Program-made: the position numbers and the translations under genes
Source: a virus
Taxonomy: Duplodnaviria; Heunggongvirae; Uroviricota; Caudoviricetes
Direction: 5' to 3' (one strand)
Length of the DNA: 26,405 nucleotides
Virus record (IMG/VR): IMGVR_UViG_3300033804_000036
Notes under the pieces: generated by a model
What the model was told of the DNA's origin: nothing
Database searches by the model: none
What the model saw: only the letters and a program-made list of their open reading frames with translations
In this document: piece after piece, positions 1 to 9,254 of the stretch
How the letters are laid out: each line of letters begins with the position of its first letter
Numbering within the stretch: position 1 is the stretch's first letter

Positions 1-617
1 ATTTTCTCGCCGAAAATCCTTCCTGACATTGCAACATCCCGCTTAATCACGTAGACGGCGCCGTTAGGATAAAACAGTAACGGAAGATTCTGGCTGACAA
101 GGTTGTCGCCCTCGAGATCAATGTTCAGAAAAGATTCTAGTTCATGCCCGAAAGGCTTCATGGAAAACATCCAGTAAGGATGCTGAGAAACCTTTGTGAC
201 TGACAAAACCGTGTCGACACCAGTTGTCTTGGCAATCTGGACACAGCGGTCAATGTCCTCGGGAGTTCTGAAAGGGCTTGTAGGCTGAAGCATGACAACA
301 TGACTTATTGTTCTCTGCTTTTTCTTCTCAAACTTTCGGATAGCATGAATCGTCGGCAGAATACTGTCAACGTCTTCCCCCAGCTTAGCCGGCCTTTTGA
401 AAGGAGCATGACCACCATACTGTTTCGCTATTTTTCTGATTTCATCATCGTTCGTGCTGACCAAGCAGTAGTCCAGGCTTTTCGCGTTTTTAGCAGCTTC
501 AATAGTCCAAGCAATTAATGGTCTGCCGCCTAGTTCTTTAATGTTTTTACGCGGTACACGTTGCGATCCGCCTCGAGCCAGAATAACTCCTAGAACAGCA
601 CCGCTATTATTTGACAT
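1..617 (-). CDS. neuA: Acylneuraminate (CMP-nonulosonate) cytidylyltransferase, NeuA/PseF family; runs off the left edge
   Basis: Not in ORF track. Hand translation from ATG 617: MSNNSGAVLGVILARGGSQRVPRKNIKELGGRPLIAWTIEAAK...VSTNDDEI...MLQPTSPFRTPEDID...YPNGAVYV, containing the ARGGS-x-R-x-x-x-KN, LQPTSP and NGAVY family motifs. Confidence 0.93.
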   Translation of the reverse strand, partial: MSNNSGAVLGVILARGGSQRVPRKNIKELGGRPLIAWTIEAAKNAKSLDYCLVSTNDDEIRKIAKQYGGHAPFKRPAKLGEDVDSILPTIHAIRKFEKKKQRTISHVVMLQPTSPFRTPEDIDRCVQIAKTTGVDTVLSVTKVSQHPYWMFSMKPFGHELESFLNIDLEGDNLVSQNLPLLFYPNGAVYVIKRDVAMSGRIFGEK

Positions 618-618
618 T

Positions 619-657
619 GGTTCCCGAAAAAAGAAATATAGGGAATCTGCTTATAAG
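619..657 (-). promoter_or_regulatory. Promoter of neuA-like gene: palindromic TATA CTTATAAG (650-657) and variant leader motif GGGAACC (619-625)
   Basis: 24-nt TATA-to-motif spacing, matching the other promoters in the window. Confidence 0.55.
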
Positions 658-792
658 CGTTAAGGCGTCAGCGTTATAGTCTGCGTTGATCCGTCGATGT
701 GGATGACGGTTACTGTTATCGTCTGGTTGAACCCGAGTTTAACTGAAACATTTCCCGTGAAGCTTACGGTTGCTGTAGCTCCTAAACCCCCG

Positions 793-2088
793 CTACAGAG
801 ACAGTGCCACTAGGCCCAAGCCTATCAGCACAAGCAGCCCGTAGTTCGGTGTGGGCGGAGGTGTGACAGCCGTAAACGTGGCAGTTAATGTTTGATTGTT
901 CATCTCGGAAGTGATTACCAGCGACAACGGGTTGTCTATGGGAAGCGCAGCCGAACCTGTCAGAGACCATGACGTGAAAGTGTAGCCAGTTCCAGCAGTC
1001 GCAGCGAAGTTAACTGTGTCGCCTACGTTGAATTGATGCGGACCGGTTGAAGGTGATACTGTTCCGCCTCCGTCTGGAGACACAGCTATGCTCAACGTTA
1101 TCTGCGGTATAGGTATCGAAGTGAACAGTGGAGACAAAGTTTGCCCAGCCATGGCAGACGTGATCGTTAAGGGCAACGGGTTTGTTGAACCGATGTTTGA
1201 CGAGCCGAGTTGCCAATGGTCCAGTTGATAGCTTGAGTTAGGCGTTGCCGTAAACATGTATGACTGGCCAACAGTGTAGCTCGCGGTTCCAGACGGGCTT
1301 ACCGTGCCGTTAGCACCTGCAGTCACGGTCAACTGTATCGTTGGCACAGCAAAGTACAGGTTAATAGGTATTGTTTGGCCTGCAACGATGGTTATTGTTT
1401 GGGCAGGCAACGTTTGGTTTTGATATGTAGCCGTCACTGTGTAGGTTCCAGCAGTAACCGTGAAAGTGAGCGGTGTACCACTGGTTGTTGTGGTTCCTGA
1501 TTGTCCGTCCAAGGTTACGCCCGCACCAGCAAGAGGGATGCTGCCCTGAAATGCATTAACAACTACGTACGCATTTTGCGATGGAGGAGGTGCCGCAAGG
1601 TCGACAGAAGCGTAGATGCTGACGATAATAGGTGCTGTTCCAGCAATCGTTGGCAGAGCAGATGGGAGTGTACCATCATAAGCTTTTGTTGTGATGCTTA
1701 CGTACATGTGCTGGTCGCTAACTGTTCCTGACCCCCAAGCACCCGCAGCCCACCCATTTGCGCCATTGCCAGCCGGAGTCTGCATCACGAGCCAGTACCA
1801 GTTATTATTGACTAGACTGAACGTGCCGGTAAGCTTAATAGTGTTCCACGTGCTCGCCGTAAGACCTGCGTATTCAACGCTGTCTGCAATCTTCGCTCCA
1901 GAGGTAACATCATAGATGCCGAAGACACCCCTGTTGTAGCCGCCATAGTCAACCTGAGGCAAGTAGACGTTGATACTTCCCGTATAGGTTCCTGTGGTGC
2001 CTGTAAACTGAAATTTACAGCCGTTTAATGCACCTCCAAGGTAGTTGATGACAGTCTCAACTATCTGGTTGCCAAGAATAGTGGTCAT
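793..2088 (-). CDS. Thr/Gly-rich multi-domain beta protein: N-terminal beta-sandwich, Ig/InlB B-repeat-like domains, C-terminal TM anchor; putative virion spike
   Basis: 431 aa; repeats such as ATPNSSYQLDHW and ATAGTGYTFTSW followed by NPL; Pro linker then YGLLVLIGLGLVALSL at the C-terminus; no N-terminal signal peptide; GGAGAACC leader at 2092-2099. Confidence 0.75.
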   Translation of the reverse strand: MTTILGNQIVETVINYLGGALNGCKFQFTGTTGTYTGSINVYLPQVDYGGYNRGVFGIYDVTSGAKIADSVEYAGLTASTWNTIKLTGTFSLVNNNWYWLVMQTPAGNGANGWAAGAWGSGTVSDQHMYVSITTKAYDGTLPSALPTIAGTAPIIVSIYASVDLAAPPPSQNAYVVVNAFQGSIPLAGAGVTLDGQSGTTTTSGTPLTFTVTAGTYTVTATYQNQTLPAQTITIVAGQTIPINLYFAVPTIQLTVTAGANGTVSPSGTASYTVGQSYMFTATPNSSYQLDHWQLGSSNIGSTNPLPLTITSAMAGQTLSPLFTSIPIPQITLSIAVSPDGGGTVSPSTGPHQFNVGDTVNFAATAGTGYTFTSWSLTGSAALPIDNPLSLVITSEMNNQTLTATFTAVTPPPTPNYGLLVLIGLGLVALSL

Positions 2089-2217
2089 GTTGGTTCTCCA
2101 AAAGTATTTTATCTAGGAAGCTTTAAAAGGGTTTGGTTTAAGCCAGCCAGGTGACAGAGGAATGGCAGCGGTTGCTGATGCTGGAATAGGCAGTGGTGTA
2201 GTGAACAAATCAATAAC

Positions 2218-2688
2218 TCATGTACCTGACTGGTTGTAGGATATTCCTTTGACATATATCATGCCAGTCGTGTTTCCCGGCGCACCAGTCCATTCAACAC
2301 CATAATATAAACCAAAGAGAGTTACAGCTGGAATGTTCAGATATGCTCCTGCACCTGTCTGATTAGGCTCTATGTAAAGCGTAGATCCAGCCTTTGCAGC
2401 CGCGCCTTCGAAAAGAATGTGAGTTGCTGCGTTTATGGCGGTTCCATCAGTTGTGTTTTTGTAGACTCGCAGTCTGTATGTTACAGCATTTGTGGGAACT
2501 AGGTAATAGGTTATAGAATTTATAATGGCTCCAACGTTCAAAGAGTTCAAGTTGCTAAACTGGAAAGGTTGAGTTATAGAATCGCCGAAGCCTTTGCTTA
2601 CATCAAAATAGTGTTCTGCACCTGTAGTGCTTCCGATCCACCACCAGCAGGGAATCTGTCTGGCTAAATTTCCAATTTGTAATGTCAT
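2218..2688 (-). CDS. Hypothetical beta-rich protein (156 aa), putative virion component
   Basis: Likely start MTLQIGN at 2688, overlapping the upstream TGA (ATGA), rather than the track start 2766. Confidence 0.65.
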   Translation of the reverse strand: MTLQIGNLARQIPCWWWIGSTTGAEHYFDVSKGFGDSITQPFQFSNLNSLNVGAIINSITYYLVPTNAVTYRLRVYKNTTDGTAINAATHILFEGAAAKAGSTLYIEPNQTGAGAYLNIPAVTLFGLYYGVEWTGAPGNTTGMIYVKGISYNQSGT

Positions 2689-3326
2689 GTTGAAAGAGCC
2701 ACCCCTACCGCATGAACAAACAGATAACCTGTTCCTACGTAGAGCATCACGTCTATTGTAGTGCATTTCAATGGAAAAGTGTAGGGCACTATTCGAGCTA
2801 TGAAATGCGGAACTCTTTTAGCACCATTGAATCTTACCCAGCAATCGTTGGTTGCCCAAAGAGCTATTTGCGTTGCCTGAAACAATGGAACAGCAGAGTC
2901 GGCTGCATGTGCATTTGTGCCAATGATGTATTGAACATCGGTTGTTAAGAAATTTATCCATGCAAAATCATCATACACTCCTTGATTTGACACGACAGGC
3001 AGAGGATTCAGTTCTCCAACTCGTTGGTAACCGCCTGTTGCTAATTCATAGGATAGTTCGACAGGGGTGTGTTCCTTCACTTCCCCTTGTTCGTTGCCGA
3101 CTATTACATCGCGGAATTCTCTGACGTCTTCCATAGCCATGACTTTAAGTTTAACCCATTTACGTCCGCCCGCCATAGTCAAGTCTCTCGGGCCGACAGG
3201 CAGTCTAACGTAGCCTTTAGTGCTGCTTGTAATGTCTTCAAGACTCATGCCAAGCATGCCCATTTCAACAGGTATCACTTGAACATTAGCATTGGAAACT
3301 GGCTTAGCAGGTTGTTGATGAGCCAT
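2685..3326 (-). CDS. Hypothetical protein (213 aa) with beta-rich C-terminal domain, putative virion component
   Basis: First gene after the leftward arm of the divergent promoter; GGAGAACC-AACAG-ATG leader. Confidence 0.7.
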   Translation of the reverse strand: MAHQQPAKPVSNANVQVIPVEMGMLGMSLEDITSSTKGYVRLPVGPRDLTMAGGRKWVKLKVMAMEDVREFRDVIVGNEQGEVKEHTPVELSYELATGGYQRVGELNPLPVVSNQGVYDDFAWINFLTTDVQYIIGTNAHAADSAVPLFQATQIALWATNDCWVRFNGAKRVPHFIARIVPYTFPLKCTTIDVMLYVGTGYLFVHAVGVALST

Positions 3327-3331
3327 CTGTT

Positions 3332-3402
3332 GGTTCTCCTAGACTATATTTTAATTGAGAAGCTTTAAAAGTATTCCTCATAACAGATTAATCAGGAGAA
3401 CC
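3332..3402. promoter_or_regulatory. Symmetric bidirectional promoter with a single central TATA box
   Basis: CTTTAAAAG at 3363-3371 reads as TATA on both strands; inverted GGAGAACC motifs at 3332-3339 (-) and 3395-3402 (+), each 23 nt from the box. Confidence 0.75.
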
Positions 3403-3420
3403 AACTGGAGTTGAAAGGTA

Positions 3421-3795
3421 ATGCCTGAATCAGATCAGCCTCTGCTAGAAAGCGCACGTGTCACAACCAACAGCACCACGTATGTTGACCTAATAAAATA
3501 CAAGGTTGACCCGAACAAAATGGTGTTCGTTCGGGACGTCACAGTCGAATTAAATTCTACGTCTGGAAGCCCAACTGTCAGCCTCAGCATCAACGGCGAA
3601 ACGAAACTTAGAGATTTTCAGCCGGTTGACACTGACTTGAAAATGGCTTTCGGCGGACACCTCGCGTTCCGCGGCACGTTGAGAGATCCAGCCATCTGGA
3701 TAAGAGTCAAGAATGACGGGACGACAAACACGACTTTCACGGTTGTGATAACAGGTGTCACAGTCGACTTTACGCCTGTGAAGAGGCCGCCGTGA
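3421..3795 (+). CDS. Small beta-rich protein (124 aa), possible single jelly-roll minor capsid protein
   Basis: Alternating hydrophobic beta-strand pattern; first gene of the rightward operon. Fold is inference. Confidence 0.6.
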   Translation: MPESDQPLLESARVTTNSTTYVDLIKYKVDPNKMVFVRDVTVELNSTSGSPTVSLSINGETKLRDFQPVDTDLKMAFGGHLAFRGTLRDPAIWIRVKNDGTTNTTFTVVITGVTVDFTPVKRPP

Positions 3796-3805
3796 GGTGA
3801 AATGA

Positions 3806-4123
3806 GTGAAAACAGCAGTTTTTAACACGCGTGTGCAGGCGGCAACAAACTTTTTCACGGCAGACCTTACGCCTTCATACACGCCCTGCATATTCCGCAT
3901 CTACATCACAGTCGACACAGGCGGAGTGTTAAGTATTCGCAGAACAAACGGGGGAACAACCGTCGCTGAAAACCTGAACGGCGGATTAGCTCTCTCAGCA
4001 AACTGCGCGTACATGTGGGACATAGTGGTTGACCAAGGAGACACGATAAACTTCCAGACAACCGTCACTGCCACAGTGCTCAAATTATCAGTTGACGAAG
4101 TAAGCGTAGGCACGAGTGGATAA
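3806..4123 (+). CDS. Small beta-rich protein (105 aa), putative virion component
   Basis: GTG start with SD GAGGTGA at 3794-3800; tightly coupled to neighbours. Confidence 0.65.
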   Translation: MKTAVFNTRVQAATNFFTADLTPSYTPCIFRIYITVDTGGVLSIRRTNGGTTVAENLNGGLALSANCAYMWDIVVDQGDTINFQTTVTATVLKLSVDEVSVGTSG

Positions 4124-4125
4124 GA

Positions 4126-5664
4126 ATGGTGAAGTATCCGCCGCAGGGCAATCTTCCATTAGCAGCCCCAGGGATAGGGTCTCCAACGTGGGTCGGCTGG
4201 ACTGATGGAATCAACGTTTATGCTGAAAACACGGTAACTGGACAAGAATTGACTGCCGCGAATTTGCCTGCTCTTGTTACCGCCGTCAAGTCAGCGGTGG
4301 GTTCGTCTGGTGGAGGGTTGTACATGAAACGGGCCACGTATCCTTTGCCAGCCACGTTGGATTTAAGCTTGAACAATTTGGAGTTTGTCTGCGAAGATGG
4401 AACGCTTTTGCAAGCTGCTGACGCAGCAAATCCCGCTATTCAATGTCTCGGCTCATTGTCAACTTTCATTTTTAAAACAGTTTGGAAAGGATTCAGCCTT
4501 GTCAAAACTGGAACCACCAACATCAATACTGGTTTACTGATAAAAAACGCGCATAGCCTAGACTTGCATGACGTTGACGTTCAGTATTTTCAAGATTCGA
4601 TGCAATTGTCAGAGTCGGAGCACGTTCACATTTTTGGCGGAAGCAGATTCAGAGATTTCAAACGTTATGGAGTGTACATGCCTAACACAGCCTATAACGG
4701 CGCCAACATTTTGCTAGACGATTTAGAAACCGCAACGTCCCAGACTAATTCTGAAAACGTCCACATGGAATCTTTAGCCGACAACGTTTCTTGGAACAAC
4801 GTTGTTTTCAACGCGTGCAAATTTTGGAATTCAGGAACTGGCGGTTACGGAGTACGCTTAACAAGCAGTGGAATATTACGGAATCCAGTATGGGGCTTGA
4901 CTTTTAACGGTGGAATGTTTGAACGAACCCCTACTGCATTCAGCATTGACGGGTCAGCCATGGTAGCAGGAGTAGAACTGAATTGTCCAGTACTGTTCGG
5001 ACCTATGACAAACGGCATCGTAGTCAACGAAGCAACTGGGGCAACAAAACTTTTAGTGAAAAGTCCCTTTTTGAGCAGTGTTACAAACGGATTCTTGGGA
5101 ACAAACGGAGAAATACGCATCCTGAACAGGGCGTATCTCCAATCTGTAACAACCGCCTACAGCGGCGCAGTTCACGGTTTACCCATGCCGAACAAATACC
5201 ATTGGGACATGAACAGCCCTCCAACCACAACCACGGCCGCATTCACTGCTGGGAGAGTTTACATGAGTCCCATATACATTCCCATGCTTCTCAGAGCTAG
5301 AAAAATAGGGTTCGTGATAGATAGTGTGAACGCAAACTTCACAGTAGGCTTATATCAAGACAACGGATCAACCCCTGTCGGAGGAACGCTTATAGTTCAA
5401 TCTGCAAGCACTGCTGGCGCAGGAACATTCACAAGAATGGAGAACACAATAGCAGACACCTATCTTGAAGAAGGATTATATTGGATAGCCATAGAAGCAG
5501 ATGCGGCAGCAGTATGTTTGAGGGGATCTGGAGACACTTATGTTGGAGGCAGCTATGTTGGAAGTTATTATGATAGAGGCGGAGGTTACGGAACACTTAC
5601 AACACCTTGTCCAGCCCTAAGCGGCACTGGCGCAACAGCCAGCGAATATTTACTAACAGGTTAG
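4126..5664 (+). CDS. Right-handed beta-helix (pectate lyase-like/tailspike-like) protein with C-terminal beta-sandwich; putative receptor-binding spike
   Basis: 512 aa; GGGLYMKRATYPLPATL resembles the start of Pectate_lyase_3-type domains; Asn/Gly-rich rung-like repeats; C-terminal domain with GLYQD...GLYWIAI. Confidence 0.7.
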   Translation: MVKYPPQGNLPLAAPGIGSPTWVGWTDGINVYAENTVTGQELTAANLPALVTAVKSAVGSSGGGLYMKRATYPLPATLDLSLNNLEFVCEDGTLLQAADAANPAIQCLGSLSTFIFKTVWKGFSLVKTGTTNINTGLLIKNAHSLDLHDVDVQYFQDSMQLSESEHVHIFGGSRFRDFKRYGVYMPNTAYNGANILLDDLETATSQTNSENVHMESLADNVSWNNVVFNACKFWNSGTGGYGVRLTSSGILRNPVWGLTFNGGMFERTPTAFSIDGSAMVAGVELNCPVLFGPMTNGIVVNEATGATKLLVKSPFLSSVTNGFLGTNGEIRILNRAYLQSVTTAYSGAVHGLPMPNKYHWDMNSPPTTTTAAFTAGRVYMSPIYIPMLLRARKIGFVIDSVNANFTVGLYQDNGSTPVGGTLIVQSASTAGAGTFTRMENTIADTYLEEGLYWIAIEADAAAVCLRGSGDTYVGGSYVGSYYDRGGGYGTLTTPCPALSGTGATASEYLLTG

Positions 5665-6789
5665 AAGATTCAGGTATTTCCTCATGTCTTTCTTTGTTTT
5701 GTTCCATCTGTGAACGTCGAAGAGAAGCACGTTCTGTTTAGCCCACCCAGCGTTGGGGCAAACAGTCTCACGGGATCTGCGGTGTCTATGGAAAACGGTG
5801 CTTTCAGGAATTAATTTCCTGTAATAACCGACGTTCTGTCCTGGTACGCCTTGAGAGATTCCAACGTCCTTCATATGTTGCAAAAATGCGTCTCTATCCC
5901 ATGTTGAAAGAACAGGCATCAGATAGTAATTTGGACGGACACCCTTAGGAAGTGGATAGTTGTAGACGGATTTGAACGGCAGCTTCAAATGTTGAAGGAA
6001 AAACTCTGCGTTTTCTCTTTGTATCCTGTTAAAGTCATCTAGTTTATGCAGTTGCATAATGCCGAAGGCGGCTTGAGCTTCAGTCATCCTTGCGTTAGTG
6101 CATACCACGTCGGTCATCGTGCCGTAGATGTTGCCGTGGTTCCGAATGTTCAACGCGCGCTCATAGAATCGAGGATCGTCAGTGACTATCATTCCTCCTT
6201 CGCCGAGAGTTGTCATTGTTTTTGATTCTTGAAAAGAAAACGTGCTCATGTTGGCGAACACGCCGGTTTTTTCTCCTCTGTACGTTGCGCCTAACGATTG
6301 AGCAGCATCTTCGAGGACAAGCACGTCGGCTCTGCTTGCTATCTCATTGATTTCATCGTAGTCACAGGGCATACCGTTCAATGAAACTGGAAGTATCAGC
6401 TTGGTTTTAGGCGACATCGCCTTTTTGATTTGCTTCGGGTCGATGTTCAAAGTGTTTTTCTGAATGTCTGCAAACACTGGTGTTGCTCCGACGCGAAGAA
6501 TCGCCGTACCCGTAGCCACAAAACTAAGGGGAGTAGTGATAACTTCGTCTCCCCGTTTAATGCCCAACGCGGCCAACGCAACTTCTAAAGCAGTGGTCCC
6601 GTTGGAAACGCTTACGGCATATTTGCAGCCGATGTAATCTGCAAAGTTTCTTTCGAATGCCTGAACAAATTCTCCGCCCTTGAAATCCATAAAGAACCTG
6701 CTCAGTTTCCCAGTCAGAATGACCTGTTCAACTATCTTTAGCTCGCTGCTATCAAACCGGTCCAAGTTGGTTCTCAGAAGCATATTCAT
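5653..6789 (-). CDS. DegT/DnrJ/EryC1/StrS-family PLP-dependent sugar aminotransferase
   Basis: Motifs VSNGTTALEVAL, GDEVITTPLSFVAT, LEDAAQ, SFQESKTMTTLGEGG (PLP lysine). Confidence 0.93.
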   Translation of the reverse strand: MNMLLRTNLDRFDSSELKIVEQVILTGKLSRFFMDFKGGEFVQAFERNFADYIGCKYAVSVSNGTTALEVALAALGIKRGDEVITTPLSFVATGTAILRVGATPVFADIQKNTLNIDPKQIKKAMSPKTKLILPVSLNGMPCDYDEINEIASRADVLVLEDAAQSLGATYRGEKTGVFANMSTFSFQESKTMTTLGEGGMIVTDDPRFYERALNIRNHGNIYGTMTDVVCTNARMTEAQAAFGIMQLHKLDDFNRIQRENAEFFLQHLKLPFKSVYNYPLPKGVRPNYYLMPVLSTWDRDAFLQHMKDVGISQGVPGQNVGYYRKLIPESTVFHRHRRSRETVCPNAGWAKQNVLLFDVHRWNKTKKDMRKYLNLLTC

Positions 6790-6863
6790 AGCTTCTGCTT
6801 AAAAAAGTTTGCAAACACAAGCCTTAAAACACTTTCAAAATAGAGTAATTTTGGAGAACCTCA

Positions 6864-8243
6864 ATGAGCGGCTCAGAAGCGATCCTCATCATCCAACAGG
6901 CAGGCTCCGTGGCAGGCGGCGCAACAAATCCCGCGTATGGACAGTACACTTACATGTATCCTTTTCCAACAGTTACAATCAGAGCAACGCCGTCGGCGAA
7001 CTATGCTTTCGACCATTTTGAAGTTAACGGAGTCGTGCACGCCGAAAACCCCATGGTTCTCTCGCTCAGCGAAAACTCTCTTTCGCTTGCAGTAACGGCA
7101 TACACAGTTGTAGTTGACGTCTACTGGAATGTTACATCTACACAGCCTACTCCACCAGCACCGCCGATATCAGATTCAGGACAGGGAAACCTGCATGTTA
7201 ACCCGCTTTCAGCCGACGGCAGCAACGTCACTCCTGAAGCCGAGATTTCTTATCCAGAAGGCTCTCCAGAATTCGCGTACATTCTAGAAGTGATAGGAAA
7301 CTGGAGTTATTACACTTCGCCGCAGGCTGCTGTTCCGAACACGGCATGTCGAACAACAGTGTCTGCAACTGACGCAGACGGAGCTTCAGCAGGCTCAGCG
7401 GTAAAAGTAAGCTCGGCCATAGCATACATCTACGGGTACATGCCTGGCAGCGAAAACTGGACGCCTAACAGTTGCACAGCGTTCATTCTGCCAGACGTTC
7501 CAACAGTCCAGATCATAGGTGCAAGCGGAACCTACAACGTGACTACAGCCTTGACGATGCAGGGCAACCTGAACTTTCAAGGATCACAGACTGGAAGCGT
7601 CTCAACTGTTTCAACAACACCGCCGCCAACCACGTTTACGCTGACACTGGTTCAATCAACTGGCGGAACAGTTTCTGCGCCTCAACTGACAGGTTTCACG
7701 TCCACCGCGCCATACGACACGATTGATATCACTGCTGCGCCGACCGTGACGAGTCTGGCGATAACAGGCTACACGTTTGACCATTGGATAGTGGATGGCA
7801 CAGCGATATCTGACACTCGAAACCCGCTTCCTCTGCTGATGAACAGTGATCACACGGTTCAAGCAGTCTTCAGTCAGGGAACAGGGCCGACAGCCTATTC
7901 AGACGTGACTATAACAGTCACGGGGCAGGGAACAACAACTCCTGCTGCAGGCAACTATCCGAACACGTACCTGCAGATAGCCACACTGGATATATCAGCC
8001 ACGCCAGCATCCGGCTGGACCTACCAGAAAATGCAGCGCAACGGCGCAGACTGGACAGGAGCTAACCCAGGCGAATTCCTAAACCTCGGCATCACCGAAA
8101 ACATCAACGTCATCTTCACTGAACAGACCACAACACCGCCACAGCCAGCGGATAACACTATGCTCATTGCAGGGGTAGCGGTTGCAGGCGCCGTAGTTGT
8201 CGGCGGAGCATACGCTTATTCTAAAAGAAAGAAGAAGAAATAG
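6864..8243 (+). CDS. Thr/Pro-rich Ig/InlB B-repeat-like protein with C-terminal TM anchor and basic tail; putative virion spike
   Basis: 459 aa; ATPSANYAFDHF, TGYTFDHW, ATPASGWTY repeats; ends MLIAGVAVAGAVVVGGAYAYSKRKKKK; no signal peptide; GGAGAACC leader at 6853-6860. Confidence 0.78.
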   Translation: MSGSEAILIIQQAGSVAGGATNPAYGQYTYMYPFPTVTIRATPSANYAFDHFEVNGVVHAENPMVLSLSENSLSLAVTAYTVVVDVYWNVTSTQPTPPAPPISDSGQGNLHVNPLSADGSNVTPEAEISYPEGSPEFAYILEVIGNWSYYTSPQAAVPNTACRTTVSATDADGASAGSAVKVSSAIAYIYGYMPGSENWTPNSCTAFILPDVPTVQIIGASGTYNVTTALTMQGNLNFQGSQTGSVSTVSTTPPPTTFTLTLVQSTGGTVSAPQLTGFTSTAPYDTIDITAAPTVTSLAITGYTFDHWIVDGTAISDTRNPLPLLMNSDHTVQAVFSQGTGPTAYSDVTITVTGQGTTTPAAGNYPNTYLQIATLDISATPASGWTYQKMQRNGADWTGANPGEFLNLGITENINVIFTEQTTTPPQPADNTMLIAGVAVAGAVVVGGAYAYSKRKKKK

Positions 8244-8498
8244 TTATCCCATAACCGTGAATTTTCCTTCTTGTCTCGGCTGGTCAATGATTACAGGTTC
8301 CCTTATGGGTGCACGGACAAGCTGCTGTTGAGCAGCCATACGTTCTATCGCGGCAGATACAACACGGTCAACCTCTATTCGGGCCTCTGACCTGGCAACG
8401 CCTCGGAAATGATTTTCGATAAGCAGTTCTATCACAGCGCTTATCGCGCCCGCCGCAACCAGAATACCAAGCCATTTAGCCCCTTCTTTCCAATCCAT
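8244..8498 (-). CDS. Small membrane protein with N-terminal TM helix (84 aa)
   Basis: Start likely MDWKEG at 8498 (TAATG overlap with the upstream stop); TM WLGILVAAGAISAVIELLI. Confidence 0.7.
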   Translation of the reverse strand: MDWKEGAKWLGILVAAGAISAVIELLIENHFRGVARSEARIEVDRVVSAAIERMAAQQQLVRAPIREPVIIDQPRQEGKFTVMG

Positions 8499-8728
8499 TA
8501 TCTTGCCTCTCGAAACTCGCATTTCACAGCAACAGTTGTAAGTGCAACACGAAGCTCATCTGCCATTTGATTGACAGCGGCACAGTCGAATTTTTCCCGG
8601 CCAGGAACATCAAGAGCCTCAGATTCTCGGTCCACAGTTTCGCACAGTAGTTTTAGCACGGCGGTTGTGCCAGCATTCCCATGCGTAGCTATGAAGTTGC
8701 AGATTGGCTCTAGTTCTTTTTCGACCAT
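8498..8728 (-). CDS. Hypothetical helical protein (76 aa)
   Basis: Coupled on both sides within the 9479-8244 operon. Confidence 0.65.
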   Translation of the reverse strand: MVEKELEPICNFIATHGNAGTTAVLKLLCETVDRESEALDVPGREKFDCAAVNQMADELRVALTTVAVKCEFREAR

Positions 8729-8884
8729 CTATACACCTTTGCAGACTTCTTCCATTTTCTGCTCGAGACATTTCACTTTGACTCTGCCCTCAACAGTGCA
8801 CTGGTCCACAATATCGTCGAACATTTCCATGATGCACCGTTTATAGGCAGGCGCGTCAATCGTGAGTTCATGTTCTTCAGCCAT
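8729..8884 (-). CDS. Small Cys-containing hypothetical protein (51 aa)
   Basis: Not in track. MAEEHELTIDAPAYKRCIMEMFDDIVDQCTVEGRVKVKCLEQKMEEVCKGV; starts 1 nt after the upstream TAA and its TAG abuts the next ATG. Confidence 0.7.
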   Translation of the reverse strand: MAEEHELTIDAPAYKRCIMEMFDDIVDQCTVEGRVKVKCLEQKMEEVCKGV

Positions 8885-8885
8885 T

Positions 8886-9245
8886 TTATCCCACCATCAA
8901 ATGTGAGAATTCTCCGCCGCCAATTACAAGTGGAGGTATCGGCTGCTCGGTGGCCGGTGTAGTGTTGTTTCCGTTTCCGTTACTGTTAGGTTTATAGACG
9001 AAGACCACGTAGCCGAACAATGCCATTGTGGCGGCTAGTCCGCCCCACATGATTTCTGTGCCGTGATGTCTGTCGCCGAGTATTGCGCCCAGCACCGTCA
9101 GTAGGCTTGTGCCGATTCCCGCGTAGAGCACTGGCAACTCTTCTTTATGTTCTTCTTTGCTCCATGCGATAGTGAATGTTGACGGACAGTTCAGTGCAAG
9201 CGCGGTCAGTGCAACAACTGCCCTTTCAACATTATCATGGTTCAT
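8886..9245 (-). CDS. Small multi-pass (about 3 TM) membrane protein (119 aa)
   Basis: Three hydrophobic segments, followed by an Asn/Pro-rich tail. Confidence 0.7.
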   Translation of the reverse strand: MNHDNVERAVVALTALALNCPSTFTIAWSKEEHKEELPVLYAGIGTSLLTVLGAILGDRHHGTEIMWGGLAATMALFGYVVFVYKPNSNGNGNNTTPATEQPIPPLVIGGGEFSHLMVG

Positions 9246-9254
9246 GTCTGATCA

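Noticed and set aside
300-518. Track ORF 300-518 (+) and the many other short antisense or off-frame ORFs (e.g. 3550-3900, 11873-12247, 14787-15140, 19950-20216, 22905-23282, 23549-23875)
   Set aside because: They lie within better-supported genes and lack motifs or start signals; treated as shadow ORFs.
2109-2213. Possible Cys/His-rich 34-aa minus-strand ORF (MICSLHHC...) in the gap after 2218
   Set aside because: TTG start without an SD, overlaps the next promoter, and has no other support.
2113-2220. Stop-codon readthrough or recoded genetic code (open frames continue after TGA 2218 and TAG 793)
   Set aside because: TGA, TAG and TAA all end genes at stop/start overlaps elsewhere in the window, and the 2218 extension would run through the next promoter; the standard code fits.
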